Shown: positions 9,976-20,441, counted from the stretch's first letter. The stretch is 64,000 nucleotides of DNA from Chitinophagales bacterium (GCA_013001465.1 JABDMM010000076.1:97-64096), one strand, 5' to 3'. Numbers and translations are program-made. The notes: generated by a model from the sequence alone, not told the origin.

Positions 9976-10926
9976 ATGCGACGTTTACTTACATTATTGC
10001 TCCCCCTCCTATTTTGTGTTTCAGCACAAGCTCAAACATTCTGTGACTCACTTTTTATTGAGAATGTGTCATTCGATCTTTTTGACGACTCTACTATTAT
10101 AGTTGATGTGAGTAATCAAAGTTCGCAGATCTTCTCATATCCTGCTTTTGTTCTGTTAAACGATCAAGGTGATACTCTCGCTAAAGAGGTTGTCAACTAT
10201 TTTGGAATCGGAAATTCACAAACACATATCTTACAAGTTTTGGATACTTCAGTTTCCGCTCAGATCTTAAATGCACGACTTCAATTGTGGGTTCAATTTT
10301 ACGATACCGTTCTTTGTGAATACAATATGGAAGTTAACTTATGTCCAGATTCCTGTTTCAACTTGTATCCATTTATCGCAAATTACGGGGGTGCTATTAA
10401 CATCAACTCCTATTTTTGGTCAATCCTGGATGATGACAGCATAACAGTAGCAAATGGAATATTCGAACTCACAAACCAAAATCAATTCGATCAGGATACC
10501 ATTTGTTTAACTGTAGGAGATTATACTATGAAAATTGAAGATTACATTCACACCGGTGGTCAAATATGGACAGGAATGAATATGAATAGCTTAACTGGGT
10601 TTTCATATCCAGCAGTCCAGAGTGGATTTTCGAAGTATTTCCGGTTATTCCAGAATTGTCCATCGGGAATAAACTCAATTGAAAGCTTACCTTCTAATTC
10701 TCACTTTGAGATCATTGTCCGGTCAAATTCACTTTCAATCTTCAGTAAAGAGCAAAGTAAAATGGAAAGAATTACAATGTTGGATTCCGGAGGTAGAATT
10801 GTCTATACGAGCTCATCTCATTCATTTAAACACGAAATAGATATTTCAAAACTAAACAGCGGAATGTACTTTCTTTGGATTGAAAATTCGTTGCAAAAGG
10901 AATGCAAAAGATTCTTCAAATTTTAG
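9976..10926 (+). CDS. Secreted protein with T9SS type A C-terminal sorting domain
   Basis: Signal peptide MRRLLTLLLPLLFCVSAQAQ. C-terminus LDSGGRIV...IDISKLNSGMYFLWI...KRFFKF matches the type A CTD pattern. Confidence 0.8.
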   Translation: MRRLLTLLLPLLFCVSAQAQTFCDSLFIENVSFDLFDDSTIIVDVSNQSSQIFSYPAFVLLNDQGDTLAKEVVNYFGIGNSQTHILQVLDTSVSAQILNARLQLWVQFYDTVLCEYNMEVNLCPDSCFNLYPFIANYGGAININSYFWSILDDDSITVANGIFELTNQNQFDQDTICLTVGDYTMKIEDYIHTGGQIWTGMNMNSLTGFSYPAVQSGFSKYFRLFQNCPSGINSIESLPSNSHFEIIVRSNSLSIFSKEQSKMERITMLDSGGRIVYTSSSHSFKHEIDISKLNSGMYFLWIENSLQKECKRFFKF

Positions 10927-10958
10927 TTCAGGTCCATTTTGCATATTTTCGCTGAATC

Positions 10959-11837
10959 ATGGGGCATCATCATCATCATCAGAGCTCTGATAGTAATCTA
11001 AAGTTTGCTTTTTTTGTAAATCTCATATTTACAGTTATAGAGATAGTAGGTGGGGTTTTAACAAACAGTGTATCTATTCTCTCAGATGCTCTTCATGATT
11101 TTGGAGATAGTTTATCATTAGGATTAGCATGGTACTTTCAAAAGGTCTCCACAAGGGGCAGGGACGGAAAATTCTCCTACGGTTACAAACGATTTTCTTT
11201 ATTGGGAGCAATTATCAATGGGATCGTGCTTCTGATGGGCAGCATTATCATTTTGTATGAAGCAATACCCAGAATTTTCAATCCAGAAGTAGCTAATGCC
11301 AAAGGAATGATATTGCTTGCAATTTTAGGGATCGTAATGAATGGAGCAGCAGCGATCCGTGTTAAAAAAGGAAGTTCTGTAAATGAACAAATGGTTTCTG
11401 TTCATTTAATGGAAGATGTGCTGGGATGGGTTGCAGTTTTAATTGGAGCGATAGTCATGTATTATTTCGACTTACCTATCATAGATCCGATACTCTCCCT
11501 ATTGATTGTCGCCTTTGTTCTATATAATGTGGTTCGAAGTATGCGTAAAACTTTAAAGATCGTACTGCAAGGGGTTCCATCAGAAGTAGTCGAAACCGAA
11601 GTTCAAGATTATCTTTTAAGTCTCTCAGAAGTTGACTCTGTTCACGATTTACATATTTGGTCACTCGATGGTGAATATAATGTCTTAACAGTGCACCTTG
11701 TAGCCAATAATATTGACAGAGAGCATTTCTATCCTCTCAAACTAAAGATCAGGTCACATTTGAATGAGATGGGGATTGCTCACGCCACGATCGAATTTGA
11801 ACGATCTGATGAAGCCTGCATACATGTAGAATGCTAA
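10959..11837 (+). CDS. Cation diffusion facilitator (CzcD/ZitB-like Zn/Co/Cd transporter)
   Basis: His-rich N-terminus, SDALHD, FSYGYKR, HLMED and VHDLHIWSL motifs. Confidence 0.92.
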   Translation: MGHHHHHQSSDSNLKFAFFVNLIFTVIEIVGGVLTNSVSILSDALHDFGDSLSLGLAWYFQKVSTRGRDGKFSYGYKRFSLLGAIINGIVLLMGSIIILYEAIPRIFNPEVANAKGMILLAILGIVMNGAAAIRVKKGSSVNEQMVSVHLMEDVLGWVAVLIGAIVMYYFDLPIIDPILSLLIVAFVLYNVVRSMRKTLKIVLQGVPSEVVETEVQDYLLSLSEVDSVHDLHIWSLDGEYNVLTVHLVANNIDREHFYPLKLKIRSHLNEMGIAHATIEFERSDEACIHVEC

Positions 11838-12223
11838 GGTTTTACTAATTCGGTATTTATAGAATCCACATCTATCGAATTATGAGAACGATCATAAATG
11901 GATTTTCCGTCTTTTAAAATGATGAGCTGCGGAGACTGATGTTCAACGTGAAATATTTCTGAAATATAATTGCTCAAGGATCTGAATCTCAGTAAATCCA
12001 GAAAGTAAATATCAACATTGCTTTCCAATGTATTCCAATTTGAGATTGTTCTATTCTGAACAACTTTGCTTATACCACATCTGGAACTATGTTTGAAAAT
12101 AGCAACAGGTTTATTATAACTTTCCTGAATAATTTTGTCCAGATCATCAGTGGATTCCAACCACTTTTCACTTCTGGGTTCTGAAGCTTTCACTTCTTTG
12201 GAAATATTTTTAAAAAAGCCCAT
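11834..12223 (-). CDS. ytxJ: YtxJ/BrxC-family monothiol bacilliredoxin (DUF2847)
   Basis: IFKHSSRCGIS, YFLDLLRFRSLSN and HQSPQLI motifs. Confidence 0.88.
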   Translation of the reverse strand: MGFFKNISKEVKASEPRSEKWLESTDDLDKIIQESYNKPVAIFKHSSRCGISKVVQNRTISNWNTLESNVDIYFLDLLRFRSLSNYISEIFHVEHQSPQLIILKDGKSIYDRSHNSIDVDSINTELVKP

Positions 12224-12386
12224 AACTGAAAATTAAAGCATAGTTTTATCTACTTAGTTCCCTAATATAGCGAAATCCTTCAGTCGTATGTTACAATTCT
12301 AGAAGAATAACCTATATTAACATATACAGTATTATAGACTGTAAAGTTTGAGAATTATTTACCAAATTTGAAAGAAAAATTTTCGC

Positions 12387-12812
12387 ATGAGAAATACTTC
12401 GGTTCAGAATATAATGTCAAGGAAGGTAGTCATTGCCAAAAAGGAAAACACGCTTTTCCAGGTAAAGGAGCTCTATCTTAAATTCAATATCCACCATTTA
12501 CCGGTGGTAAATGAGAAGGAGCAACTAATAGGAATAATCAGCACATCCGATCTTCTGCGGTTTTATGCAAAACAATTACCTAGCAAAGCTGAAGTGGAGG
12601 TGGAGACTTTAGAAAAGTTTTTCAGAATTGATGATGTAATGACCAAGAATCCGATCAGTCTGGATATTGAAAGCACAGTAAGAGATGCGGCTGAACTTTT
12701 TGCGATCAACAAGTTTCATGCATTGCCTATTGTAAAAGACCGAAAGATCATGGGAATCGTTACCAGTAACGATCTGTTACAATATTTGATCAATGATATT
12801 TTAATGGAGTGA
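12387..12812 (+). CDS. CBS domain pair protein
   Basis: Two CBS repeats: HHLPVV...LIGIISTSDL and HALPIV...IMGIVTSNDL. Confidence 0.88.
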   Translation: MRNTSVQNIMSRKVVIAKKENTLFQVKELYLKFNIHHLPVVNEKEQLIGIISTSDLLRFYAKQLPSKAEVEVETLEKFFRIDDVMTKNPISLDIESTVRDAAELFAINKFHALPIVKDRKIMGIVTSNDLLQYLINDILME

Positions 12813-14783
12813 ACGGTCGTTGATCTTCTTTAATATTGATTGGCTCTTTTCATAGGACTGTTGAAAATTTTCCCATTGCTCCATTTTTTCGTTCAAAGCT
12901 GTCTTTAGATCTTCATATTTCTTGAAGAACCCAGCATCTTTGGATAAGTCCTGATATTTTACCGGATCCATCAGTTCTTCTTCGATCTTGCTTATTTTCT
13001 TTTCGATCGATGTGATCTCCCTTTCACAACCAGATACTTTCTTCTGAAATTTTCTCATCTCTTTTTCTGCATCTTTTTTATCCTGATACCATTTCTTGTG
13101 ATCCGATTCAGTTTCATTTCCACTTTGTTTACTGACCACCTTCTCTTTATCCGCTTCATATTCTCTGAAAGAAGAAGCTTCCCTTGCCTCAAGAAAATCA
13201 TAAATGTCGCCCAGGTGTTCCTTAATACCTGACTTCGTAAACTCATAAACTTTGGATGTAAGTCCTTCAAGAAAATCCCTGTCATGAGACACCAGTATCA
13301 GAGTACCTGAGAAATCTGATAATGCGTTTTTCAAGATCTCCTTAGTAGACATATCTAAATGATTAGTAGGCTCATCTAGGATCAGAACATTATATGGTTG
13401 AGTGAGTAACTTCGCCATGGCAAGCCGTGATTTTTCACCACCGGATAGGATCTTTACTTTTTTTTCAACATCATCACCACTGAATAGGAAAGCACCCAGA
13501 AGCGACCTGGCTCTTGCTCTGAGGTCTCCTGTTGCGACATCTTCTATTGTCTGCAGTACTGTGCGATTTCCATCGAGAGACTCCGCCTGGTACTGTTCAA
13601 AATAACCAATGTTAACCCTGAACCCGGTTTCTAATGTTCCTTGATATTCCAGGTTTCCTGTCAATACTTTAGACAGTGTTGTCTTGCCCATACCGTTTTT
13701 TCCAACAAATGCAACACGGTCTCCCCTTTCGATCTGAAAATTTGCATCCTTGATCACATGGTTTTCTCCAAAGGACTTTTCCAGGTGAATCGCTTTATAG
13801 ACAACCTTTCCTGACTTCTCAGGATCTGGGAAGTTAAGCTTCACCTTGGAATAATCCTGAATATCTTCCACCTCGATAATCTCCATCTTATCGAGTTTTC
13901 TGATAAGAGTCTGCGCAAATTTTGCTTTATTCTTTTTTGCTCTAAACTTGTTTACATTTTCTTTCAATCTGGCCCGGTACTTTTCCTGGTTCTTTTTTGC
14001 CAGCGTCTGATGTTCCTGACGAATAGCCCGCATTTCCATGTATACCGAGTAGTTAGACTTAAAATCGATGACATTACCCTTCAAAATTTCAATAGTTCTA
14101 TTGCACACATTGTCTAGGAAAGCGGTATCGTGGGAAATAAGAACGACTGCCCCGGGGTAATTCTTAAGAAAGTCCTCTAACCAAATAATTGATTCAATAT
14201 CCAAATGGTTTGTTGGCTCATCTAGCATCAACAGATCTGGTTTTCTCAATAACATTTTTGCAAGCTCCACTCTCATTTGCCAACCTCCACTAAGTTGATT
14301 CACTCTCTTTTCAAATTCCGGATCTTCGAATCCTAATCCATTCAACACCCGAGCAATATTCTCATCCATGCTGTCATACCCTAAATAATGTAAAAGCTCA
14401 TTCTTTTCCGAAAGCTGATTTAACATTTTATTGTAAGAGTTGACCTCATTATGATCAGCAACACCTATTTTCTTCTCGAGGTCTGAAATTTCGGCAAGGA
14501 GTTGTTGAACTTTAGCGAAAGCGGTTTTGGTTTCCTCAAAAACGGTAAGATCTGATGTTAGCTGTATATCCTGTCTTAAATAAGAGATAGTAACATCCCC
14601 GGAAAACTCTACACTTCCACTGTCGGGCTGCAGTTCACCATTCATGATCTTTAATAGAGTGGATTTACCGGCACCATTTCTACCGATCAATCCAATCTTA
14701 TCCTTCTTATGAATAGCAATATTCATATTCTGGAAAAGAAAGTCTCCACCAAACTGGACCGCAAGATTTGAAATATTGATCAT
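12801..14783 (-). CDS. ABC-F family ATP-binding protein
   Basis: Two ABC cassettes (GRNGAGKST/LSGGW/LDEPTNHLD and GKNGMGKTT/LSGGE/LDEPTNHLD), no TM segments, C-terminal coiled coil. Confidence 0.93.
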   Translation of the reverse strand: MINISNLAVQFGGDFLFQNMNIAIHKKDKIGLIGRNGAGKSTLLKIMNGELQPDSGSVEFSGDVTISYLRQDIQLTSDLTVFEETKTAFAKVQQLLAEISDLEKKIGVADHNEVNSYNKMLNQLSEKNELLHYLGYDSMDENIARVLNGLGFEDPEFEKRVNQLSGGWQMRVELAKMLLRKPDLLMLDEPTNHLDIESIIWLEDFLKNYPGAVVLISHDTAFLDNVCNRTIEILKGNVIDFKSNYSVYMEMRAIRQEHQTLAKKNQEKYRARLKENVNKFRAKKNKAKFAQTLIRKLDKMEIIEVEDIQDYSKVKLNFPDPEKSGKVVYKAIHLEKSFGENHVIKDANFQIERGDRVAFVGKNGMGKTTLSKVLTGNLEYQGTLETGFRVNIGYFEQYQAESLDGNRTVLQTIEDVATGDLRARARSLLGAFLFSGDDVEKKVKILSGGEKSRLAMAKLLTQPYNVLILDEPTNHLDMSTKEILKNALSDFSGTLILVSHDRDFLEGLTSKVYEFTKSGIKEHLGDIYDFLEAREASSFREYEADKEKVVSKQSGNETESDHKKWYQDKKDAEKEMRKFQKKVSGCEREITSIEKKISKIEEELMDPVKYQDLSKDAGFFKKYEDLKTALNEKMEQWENFQQSYEKSQSILKKINDRSLH

Positions 14784-14837
14784 GAAATAAAGAGGAAATT
14801 ATTAAAGGGAGTTACTGATCAAAAATAATGTAAAAGA

Positions 14838-15854
14838 TTATATTTCGACAAGAACCTTGCCTATAGACTTCCGTGATTCTAAATAAATATGTGCTTCAGC
14901 AATTTGATCAAAAGAAAAAGAGCGATCGACAACAGGTTTGAATTTCCCTTCAGTGTAAAGCTTAAAAACGGTTTGAAGTATTTCTGTTGCTAATTTGGGT
15001 TTATCTTGAAAAACGGTCAGTATAAAAACGCCGATGATCGCTTTTGATGCCATCATGAGTTGAGCTGGATGTATGCTACCATAATCTTTGCTGAATTCCA
15101 ATTGTTCGGTTTTGTTTCTGCCTGTAATTTCTGCACTTCCGAATAATACAATTCGGCCTCCTGAGCAAAGAAGACTGTATCCTTTTCTGAAAGTTTCCCC
15201 ACCAATGGAATCAAACACCACATCAAGTCCTCTTTTTCCGACAATATCGATGATCACGTCTTCAAAATCACTCTCCTTGTAATTAATCGGATGATCTACT
15301 CCTATACTCTCTAGAAATTCGAGTTTCTTCGCAGAACCTGCAGTACCAAAAATCTTACACCCATGCATTTTAGCGATCTGAACCAATGCAATACCAACTC
15401 CACCTGCAGCAGCATGGATCAATACATGATCATCCTTTCTTAGTCGGATCAATTCCTCAGCACAATAATAAGCTGTGCAATATTGAGCTCCCAGAGCGAG
15501 TGCTTCTCCAGCAGGTGCGTGATCATCGATTTTCACTGCTGAGCCTTTGTTTGCTACCGCAAATTCTGCATAACCTCCAAATGTTGTTAGTGCCATTGCC
15601 CGATCCCCAATATTCAAATTTTTAACATTCTTACCAATGGACTCAATAGTTCCAACAACGTCATATCCTATCACAGCGGGCAAAGGTGGACACTGAGGAT
15701 ACAATCCAAGCCGACAAAGCACATCTGCATAGTTTATTCCAAAAGCAGAAACTTTGATCAATACCTCATCATCTGAGATTGTTGGAATAGCTACATCTCT
15801 GATCTCAAAAGAATCCTTTGCAGATCCATTGGACGCGATATATATCGCTTTCAT
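14838..15854 (-). CDS. MDR-family NADPH:quinone oxidoreductase (VAT-1/zeta-crystallin-like)
   Basis: GINYAD, GGYAE, HAAAGGVG and ESRKSIGKVL motifs. Confidence 0.88.
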   Translation of the reverse strand: MKAIYIASNGSAKDSFEIRDVAIPTISDDEVLIKVSAFGINYADVLCRLGLYPQCPPLPAVIGYDVVGTIESIGKNVKNLNIGDRAMALTTFGGYAEFAVANKGSAVKIDDHAPAGEALALGAQYCTAYYCAEELIRLRKDDHVLIHAAAGGVGIALVQIAKMHGCKIFGTAGSAKKLEFLESIGVDHPINYKESDFEDVIIDIVGKRGLDVVFDSIGGETFRKGYSLLCSGGRIVLFGSAEITGRNKTEQLEFSKDYGSIHPAQLMMASKAIIGVFILTVFQDKPKLATEILQTVFKLYTEGKFKPVVDRSFSFDQIAEAHIYLESRKSIGKVLVEI

Positions 15855-15959
15855 GAAATTTAAATTATAGATTTATGCAACGAAAGCCTAATTAAACAAA
15901 ACTTATCTATATAATACGGTATTGAAAGATACTTTTTCAAACATTAATTAAAATCACTA

Positions 15960-16562
15960 ATGACAAATTTACTTCAGGAACTAAGTGAGCAACTGTCTGG
16001 ACAGACTGTTGAAAAAATATCACAAAAACTGGGAGCAAGACCAGAGCAAACACAATCAGCAATCTCTGCTGCTTTGCCATTTATTTTATCAGCACTTGCA
16101 AAAAACACCAACTCTCAACAAGGAGCGGAGTCACTTCACAAAGCATTGAACAAAGACCATGACGGATCTGTGCTAAACAATCTTGAATCATTCATAAGTA
16201 GCTCTGGAAGTTCAGAGGGCGCAGGAATCCTGAGACATATACTCGGCCAAAAGCGCGGAACTGTAGAGCAATTTGTGAGCAAAGGAAGTGGACTTCAGCA
16301 AGATAGCACGGCAAAAATGCTTGAAATGTTAGCACCGGTTGTAATGGGTGTTCTTGGAAAAGAACAAAGGAAATCAAATCTTGATGTCTCGGCGTTATCC
16401 ACATTATTAAGCTCAACAAGACAACAAGTTGATAATCAAACTCCAAAAGATATGGGATTAATAAATCAGATATTAGACAGTGACGGAGATGGAGACATTA
16501 AAGATGACCTTGCCAGAATGGGAATGAAATTTTTAGGTGGATTATTTAGTGGAAAACGATAA
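15960..16562 (+). CDS. DUF937 family protein
   Basis: HDGSVL...GAGILRHILG...LAPVVMGVLG; C-terminal LDSDGDGDIKDD...LGGLF. Confidence 0.85.
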   Translation: MTNLLQELSEQLSGQTVEKISQKLGARPEQTQSAISAALPFILSALAKNTNSQQGAESLHKALNKDHDGSVLNNLESFISSSGSSEGAGILRHILGQKRGTVEQFVSKGSGLQQDSTAKMLEMLAPVVMGVLGKEQRKSNLDVSALSTLLSSTRQQVDNQTPKDMGLINQILDSDGDGDIKDDLARMGMKFLGGLFSGKR

Positions 16563-16600
16563 AAAACAGTAATTTAGGCCTAGGTTAGGTTAGGTTTTGG

Positions 16601-16646
16601 AGCTTCCCATCTCAATTTCCTTCCGAGATGGGGGGCTTTTTATTTT
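16601..16646 (+). terminator. Rho-independent terminator after the DUF937 gene
   Basis: 13-bp stem agcttcccatctc / gagatggggggct (2 G-U pairs), followed by a T-rich tail. Confidence 0.75.
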
Positions 16647-16659
16647 ATAAACACTGACT

Positions 16660-17364
16660 TTGCACTACCTTTTCATTTTTCCACATCCAGATGATGAGTC
16701 TTTCGGTCCGGCTTCTTCGATTTCATATCTCAAGAGGCATGGAAATAAAGTTTCTCTGCTTACGCTCACTAAAGGTGGAGCTACAAAAGTTAGGCATAAA
16801 CTAAATCTTTCCATAGAAGAGATGGGAGAGATCCGTTATAAAGAGATGCTTTGCGTCGAAAAGGTTCTGAACCTCGATAACCTTACTGTACTCGATCTGC
16901 CTGACAGCGGACTTAAAGAAATTGATCCCAGGATAATAGAGCAATCAGTTGAAAACTATATCAGAAAGGTCTCCCCGGATATTATAATTACCTACCCTGT
17001 TCATGGAATTAGCGGTTTCCATGACCATCTAATAACGCATTCAGTTGTAAAACGAGTTTATGTCGAACTCAAATCAGAACTCCATCTAAAAAGACTGGCA
17101 TTTTTCACTTTATCTAAAAATCAAGCACAATCTAACGATGGTATTCACCGTTTAAACTACTCAAATGATGAAGAGATCGATTGTATTCTGAATGTCGAAG
17201 AGCAAGATGTAAGTAAAATGAATGAAGCTTTAGATTGCTATATCACCTATGCGGAGGTCATTGAAAACAGTATCAGGAAAAGTCCTCCCTTTTATAAAGC
17301 TCATTTTGAATTGTTTGATGAGGAATATCAGACGCCGCTTAGCAATTTAAACCTGGATTTATAA
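16660..17364 (+). CDS. PIG-L/LmbE family deacetylase (BshB/MshB-like)
   Basis: FPHPDDESFG and HGISGFHDH metal-binding motifs; TTG start. Confidence 0.85.
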   Translation: MHYLFIFPHPDDESFGPASSISYLKRHGNKVSLLTLTKGGATKVRHKLNLSIEEMGEIRYKEMLCVEKVLNLDNLTVLDLPDSGLKEIDPRIIEQSVENYIRKVSPDIIITYPVHGISGFHDHLITHSVVKRVYVELKSELHLKRLAFFTLSKNQAQSNDGIHRLNYSNDEEIDCILNVEEQDVSKMNEALDCYITYAEVIENSIRKSPPFYKAHFELFDEEYQTPLSNLNLDL

Positions 17365-17492
17365 TAACTCATTGATATTCAATATTATCATTCTCTAGTC
17401 TTAATTAGTAAAATGTTCATTACACACTGTATGTATAAGTAAAGATTTAATTATTTTTGCTTCGTTTTTATCAGATATTTTAAATATCATTT

Positions 17493-18518
17493 ATGTTATT
17501 CGAATCAGCAGAAAAGCACAGCTTACAAGAAATACTCAATATGGAAATGCCCGCAGTTATTCAGTGGGCAGTTCCTGTTATGTTGTCTCTAGTATTACTT
17601 GAATTCATTATAGGTCAGTTCGATAAGAAGAAACTCTACATGAGAAAAGACTTCTTCGCATCAGCAGCGATTGGAGTTGGGAATCTCATTTCAACCGCCA
17701 TTTCTCAAACTATTATGTTTACCGTAGTATGGGCAGTATATTATTATATCGCTCCAGTTACAATAGAACCGGCATGGTGGTCCTATGTACTATGCATCAT
17801 CTGTCTTGACTTCTGTAGGTATTGGGCGCATCGAGTGGCTCATGAGCAAAGATTCTGGTGGGCAACACATGTAACACACCATTCCTCTGAGCAATATAAC
17901 TTCGCAGTTTCATTCAGACTCTCATGGGTTCAACAAATAAAAGTCATCTTTTTCTTGCCGGTTGCAGCTATGGGATTCGATCCGATCGTGTTTTTTATCT
18001 GTCATCAAGTTGCAGTCCTATATCAGTTCTGGCTGCACACTGAGTTGATCAAAAAAACTCCAAAAGTCATAGAATACATTTTTACCACTCCTTCGCATCA
18101 TCGGGTCCATCATGGACGGAATCCTAAATACCTCGACAGGAATTACGGATCTACTTTCATTATTTGGGATAGAATTTTTGGGACATTTACTCCCGAAGAA
18201 GAGCGTCCTGATTATGGTATAACAAATCAGCCTAAAGGTTTTAACCCCGTATATCTCGTATTCCACGAGTTTATAGATATCGTGAACGACATGAAAAAGC
18301 CTAAGAGCTGGAAGAACAAAATAAAACTTGCTTTTGCTCCTCCGGGCACTGATTTTGACGCTGAAAATCAAAAATTTATCTATCCAACTCACCTGCATAT
18401 CGACGATAAACTACAAGTAGTGACTGATAGAGCGATCACTGAACCCACTCCATTTGAGCATGACATGAAAAATGTTATTGAAAAGGAAAGGTCAGAGAAA
18501 GAAAAGATCCTGGTCTAG
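17493..18518 (+). CDS. Sterol desaturase/fatty acid hydroxylase family (alkylglycerol monooxygenase-like)
   Basis: His boxes YWAHRVAH, HVTHHSS and PSHHRVHH; RNYGSTFIIWDRIFGTF. Confidence 0.88.
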   Translation: MLFESAEKHSLQEILNMEMPAVIQWAVPVMLSLVLLEFIIGQFDKKKLYMRKDFFASAAIGVGNLISTAISQTIMFTVVWAVYYYIAPVTIEPAWWSYVLCIICLDFCRYWAHRVAHEQRFWWATHVTHHSSEQYNFAVSFRLSWVQQIKVIFFLPVAAMGFDPIVFFICHQVAVLYQFWLHTELIKKTPKVIEYIFTTPSHHRVHHGRNPKYLDRNYGSTFIIWDRIFGTFTPEEERPDYGITNQPKGFNPVYLVFHEFIDIVNDMKKPKSWKNKIKLAFAPPGTDFDAENQKFIYPTHLHIDDKLQVVTDRAITEPTPFEHDMKNVIEKERSEKEKILV

Positions 18519-18525
18519 ATCTCAT

Positions 18526-20430
18526 TTAATTCTTAAACATCCAGCTGAGTCCAAATCTAAACGATCGTTCATCGAAAGGATAGTATTTCGATGAGTACGT
18601 TCCTTCTTTTATAAGCCCCTGACTCACGTTATTTACTTTGAAGAATAATCGAAGTGCATCGATCTTAACATTCGCGAAAAGATCTATAGATGGATAGTTC
18701 TCTATAATCAATTTTTCCTGACTATAAAATGTTCCCGTTACCGGAAGATACAGCGGCATATAATATTTGCTTGCTATCCTAAAGTCAACTCCAAATGAGG
18801 CTTGTAAAGCCCGATTAAATAGAAATCCGAGATAATACAAACTGTTCTCGCTATAGATCTTTGGCTTGGACAGCACATCCTGATCTAGTGAATAAACTTG
18901 ATATACGAGAGAGTTATCAAGGTGAAATCTATTCCCAAGCTTAAAATCTTTCTTCAATCGGAGGATCACACCGTTCAGATCACTGCTTGTTTGCTTTGGA
19001 AATCCGTCTAATCCATAGTAAGTATAGTTCCCAATGTTAAAGTAAGAGACTCCTACATTGAAATCCTGTCTGGGCAAAGTATATCTAAATCTATATTCTA
19101 ATTGCCTGACATTCTTAAAGTCATTTAACCAAAACAACTCTGATTCCAGTCTCTGTTGAATATAATTCGGACTCTTGTTGATCAGATTCACTTCCGTTTC
19201 AATTCTTCCAGCTTTTTGCATGTCATATCCAAGCCGCACGGAAAGCTTTATATCCCCACGATTGTAACCACTTATATAAGCAGATCCGTAAGTACCATAG
19301 ATAATGCGACTTTTATCATTTGGATTTGAAGAGATCCCCCCATGGATAGACAAGTTGTTGAACTGCTCATCTGATCTCTGGCTGATGTTGTGATAACGAT
19401 ATGTTAAAGCAGCATCAAAAAGTAATGGTAAAGTCTCCTGCCTATCTCCTATCCTTCTAATACCGGTATTTGAAAGGCTAAACGTTTGTTCAACAGTGGA
19501 ATGCCGTTGCCTGAATTCCAGACTGTCTGTGAAGATCCCAAACTTGTCGTAAAAATCCTGATCCTGCGCAAAATCGCGATATATGAATTTGTCTCTTCTA
19601 AACACCGCATCATAAGTAAAGACAAAAGTTGGGACCCATTCACTGACAGTGATCGAATCAAGGATATATTCATTCTTAAATCCCAGACTAAAGCTCTGTT
19701 CTAATCCAAACGCCAATTCATTGATGTCCGACTTGGCTTCTTCAAGATTCACTTCTAAAATAGATCTATTGATGATCGTGATCGATGTGTCAAATATATC
19801 TTCAACCAATCCTCCATTTTCCTGAAGCTCCATATCGTTCATCAGCATTTTCGCAATTGCCTCATATCTTCTCCCGGAGCTTCTAATTCTGGTATATAAA
19901 GTAAAGTTGTTTTGAAGATTCTTTTGATTCTTATAAACACCTTCAGAATTAAGTCTAAAGAAATTTACACCGTAATCAAAGTTTTTAGTAACCCTCTGCG
20001 CATGACTTGCAGAAAATATTGACTCACTTTTCAGCCCCAGAAGATATTTGATCTGAACAAATGGATAATGCAGTTGGAATAACTTCATACTATCCCACTC
20101 TAATCGATATAGATCATAATTATGAAGACCATGATCAAATCCTGTTTCCTGCCTGATCTTGAGTTGTAAAGGATAAGCTGCGGAACCTAAATTTCCCAGA
20201 TTTCGGTATTCAATACCTTTCCTTTGAATAAAGTTGTACTCCTCTTGATTTAACAGAGTTGTATCAAACTCATGCAAAACAGCTCGATCAGAATAATAAA
20301 AATACTTGTTATCCCCACTGCTATCTATTGTCGCCTGCGAATGAACATTCAGAGCAAGAACGACAATTAACAGCAACGTTGAGCCGGTTTTGAGAAAATC
20401 TATAGATCTTAGATGTTTGATTCTTGACAA
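18526..20430 (-). CDS. Putative outer-membrane porin (Bacteroidetes Porin_10-like)
   Basis: NLGNLGS, RLNSEGVYKNQ and beta-barrel C-terminus FRFGLSWMFKN. Confidence 0.75.
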   Translation of the reverse strand: MSRIKHLRSIDFLKTGSTLLLIVVLALNVHSQATIDSSGDNKYFYYSDRAVLHEFDTTLLNQEEYNFIQRKGIEYRNLGNLGSAAYPLQLKIRQETGFDHGLHNYDLYRLEWDSMKLFQLHYPFVQIKYLLGLKSESIFSASHAQRVTKNFDYGVNFFRLNSEGVYKNQKNLQNNFTLYTRIRSSGRRYEAIAKMLMNDMELQENGGLVEDIFDTSITIINRSILEVNLEEAKSDINELAFGLEQSFSLGFKNEYILDSITVSEWVPTFVFTYDAVFRRDKFIYRDFAQDQDFYDKFGIFTDSLEFRQRHSTVEQTFSLSNTGIRRIGDRQETLPLLFDAALTYRYHNISQRSDEQFNNLSIHGGISSNPNDKSRIIYGTYGSAYISGYNRGDIKLSVRLGYDMQKAGRIETEVNLINKSPNYIQQRLESELFWLNDFKNVRQLEYRFRYTLPRQDFNVGVSYFNIGNYTYYGLDGFPKQTSSDLNGVILRLKKDFKLGNRFHLDNSLVYQVYSLDQDVLSKPKIYSENSLYYLGFLFNRALQASFGVDFRIASKYYMPLYLPVTGTFYSQEKLIIENYPSIDLFANVKIDALRLFFKVNNVSQGLIKEGTYSSKYYPFDERSFRFGLSWMFKN

Positions 20431-20441
20431 CGTATTTCAGG

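Noticed and set aside
9931-9978. The T9SS-CTD gene at 9976 is in the same frame as the giant adhesin, suggesting stop read-through could supply the missing CTD
   Set aside because: There are two in-frame TAA stops (9931 and 9952), and the downstream gene has its own signal peptide.
10965-10979. (CAT)5 microsatellite as a phase-variation tract
   Set aside because: It is an in-frame triplet encoding the His-rich N-terminus normal for CDF transporters.
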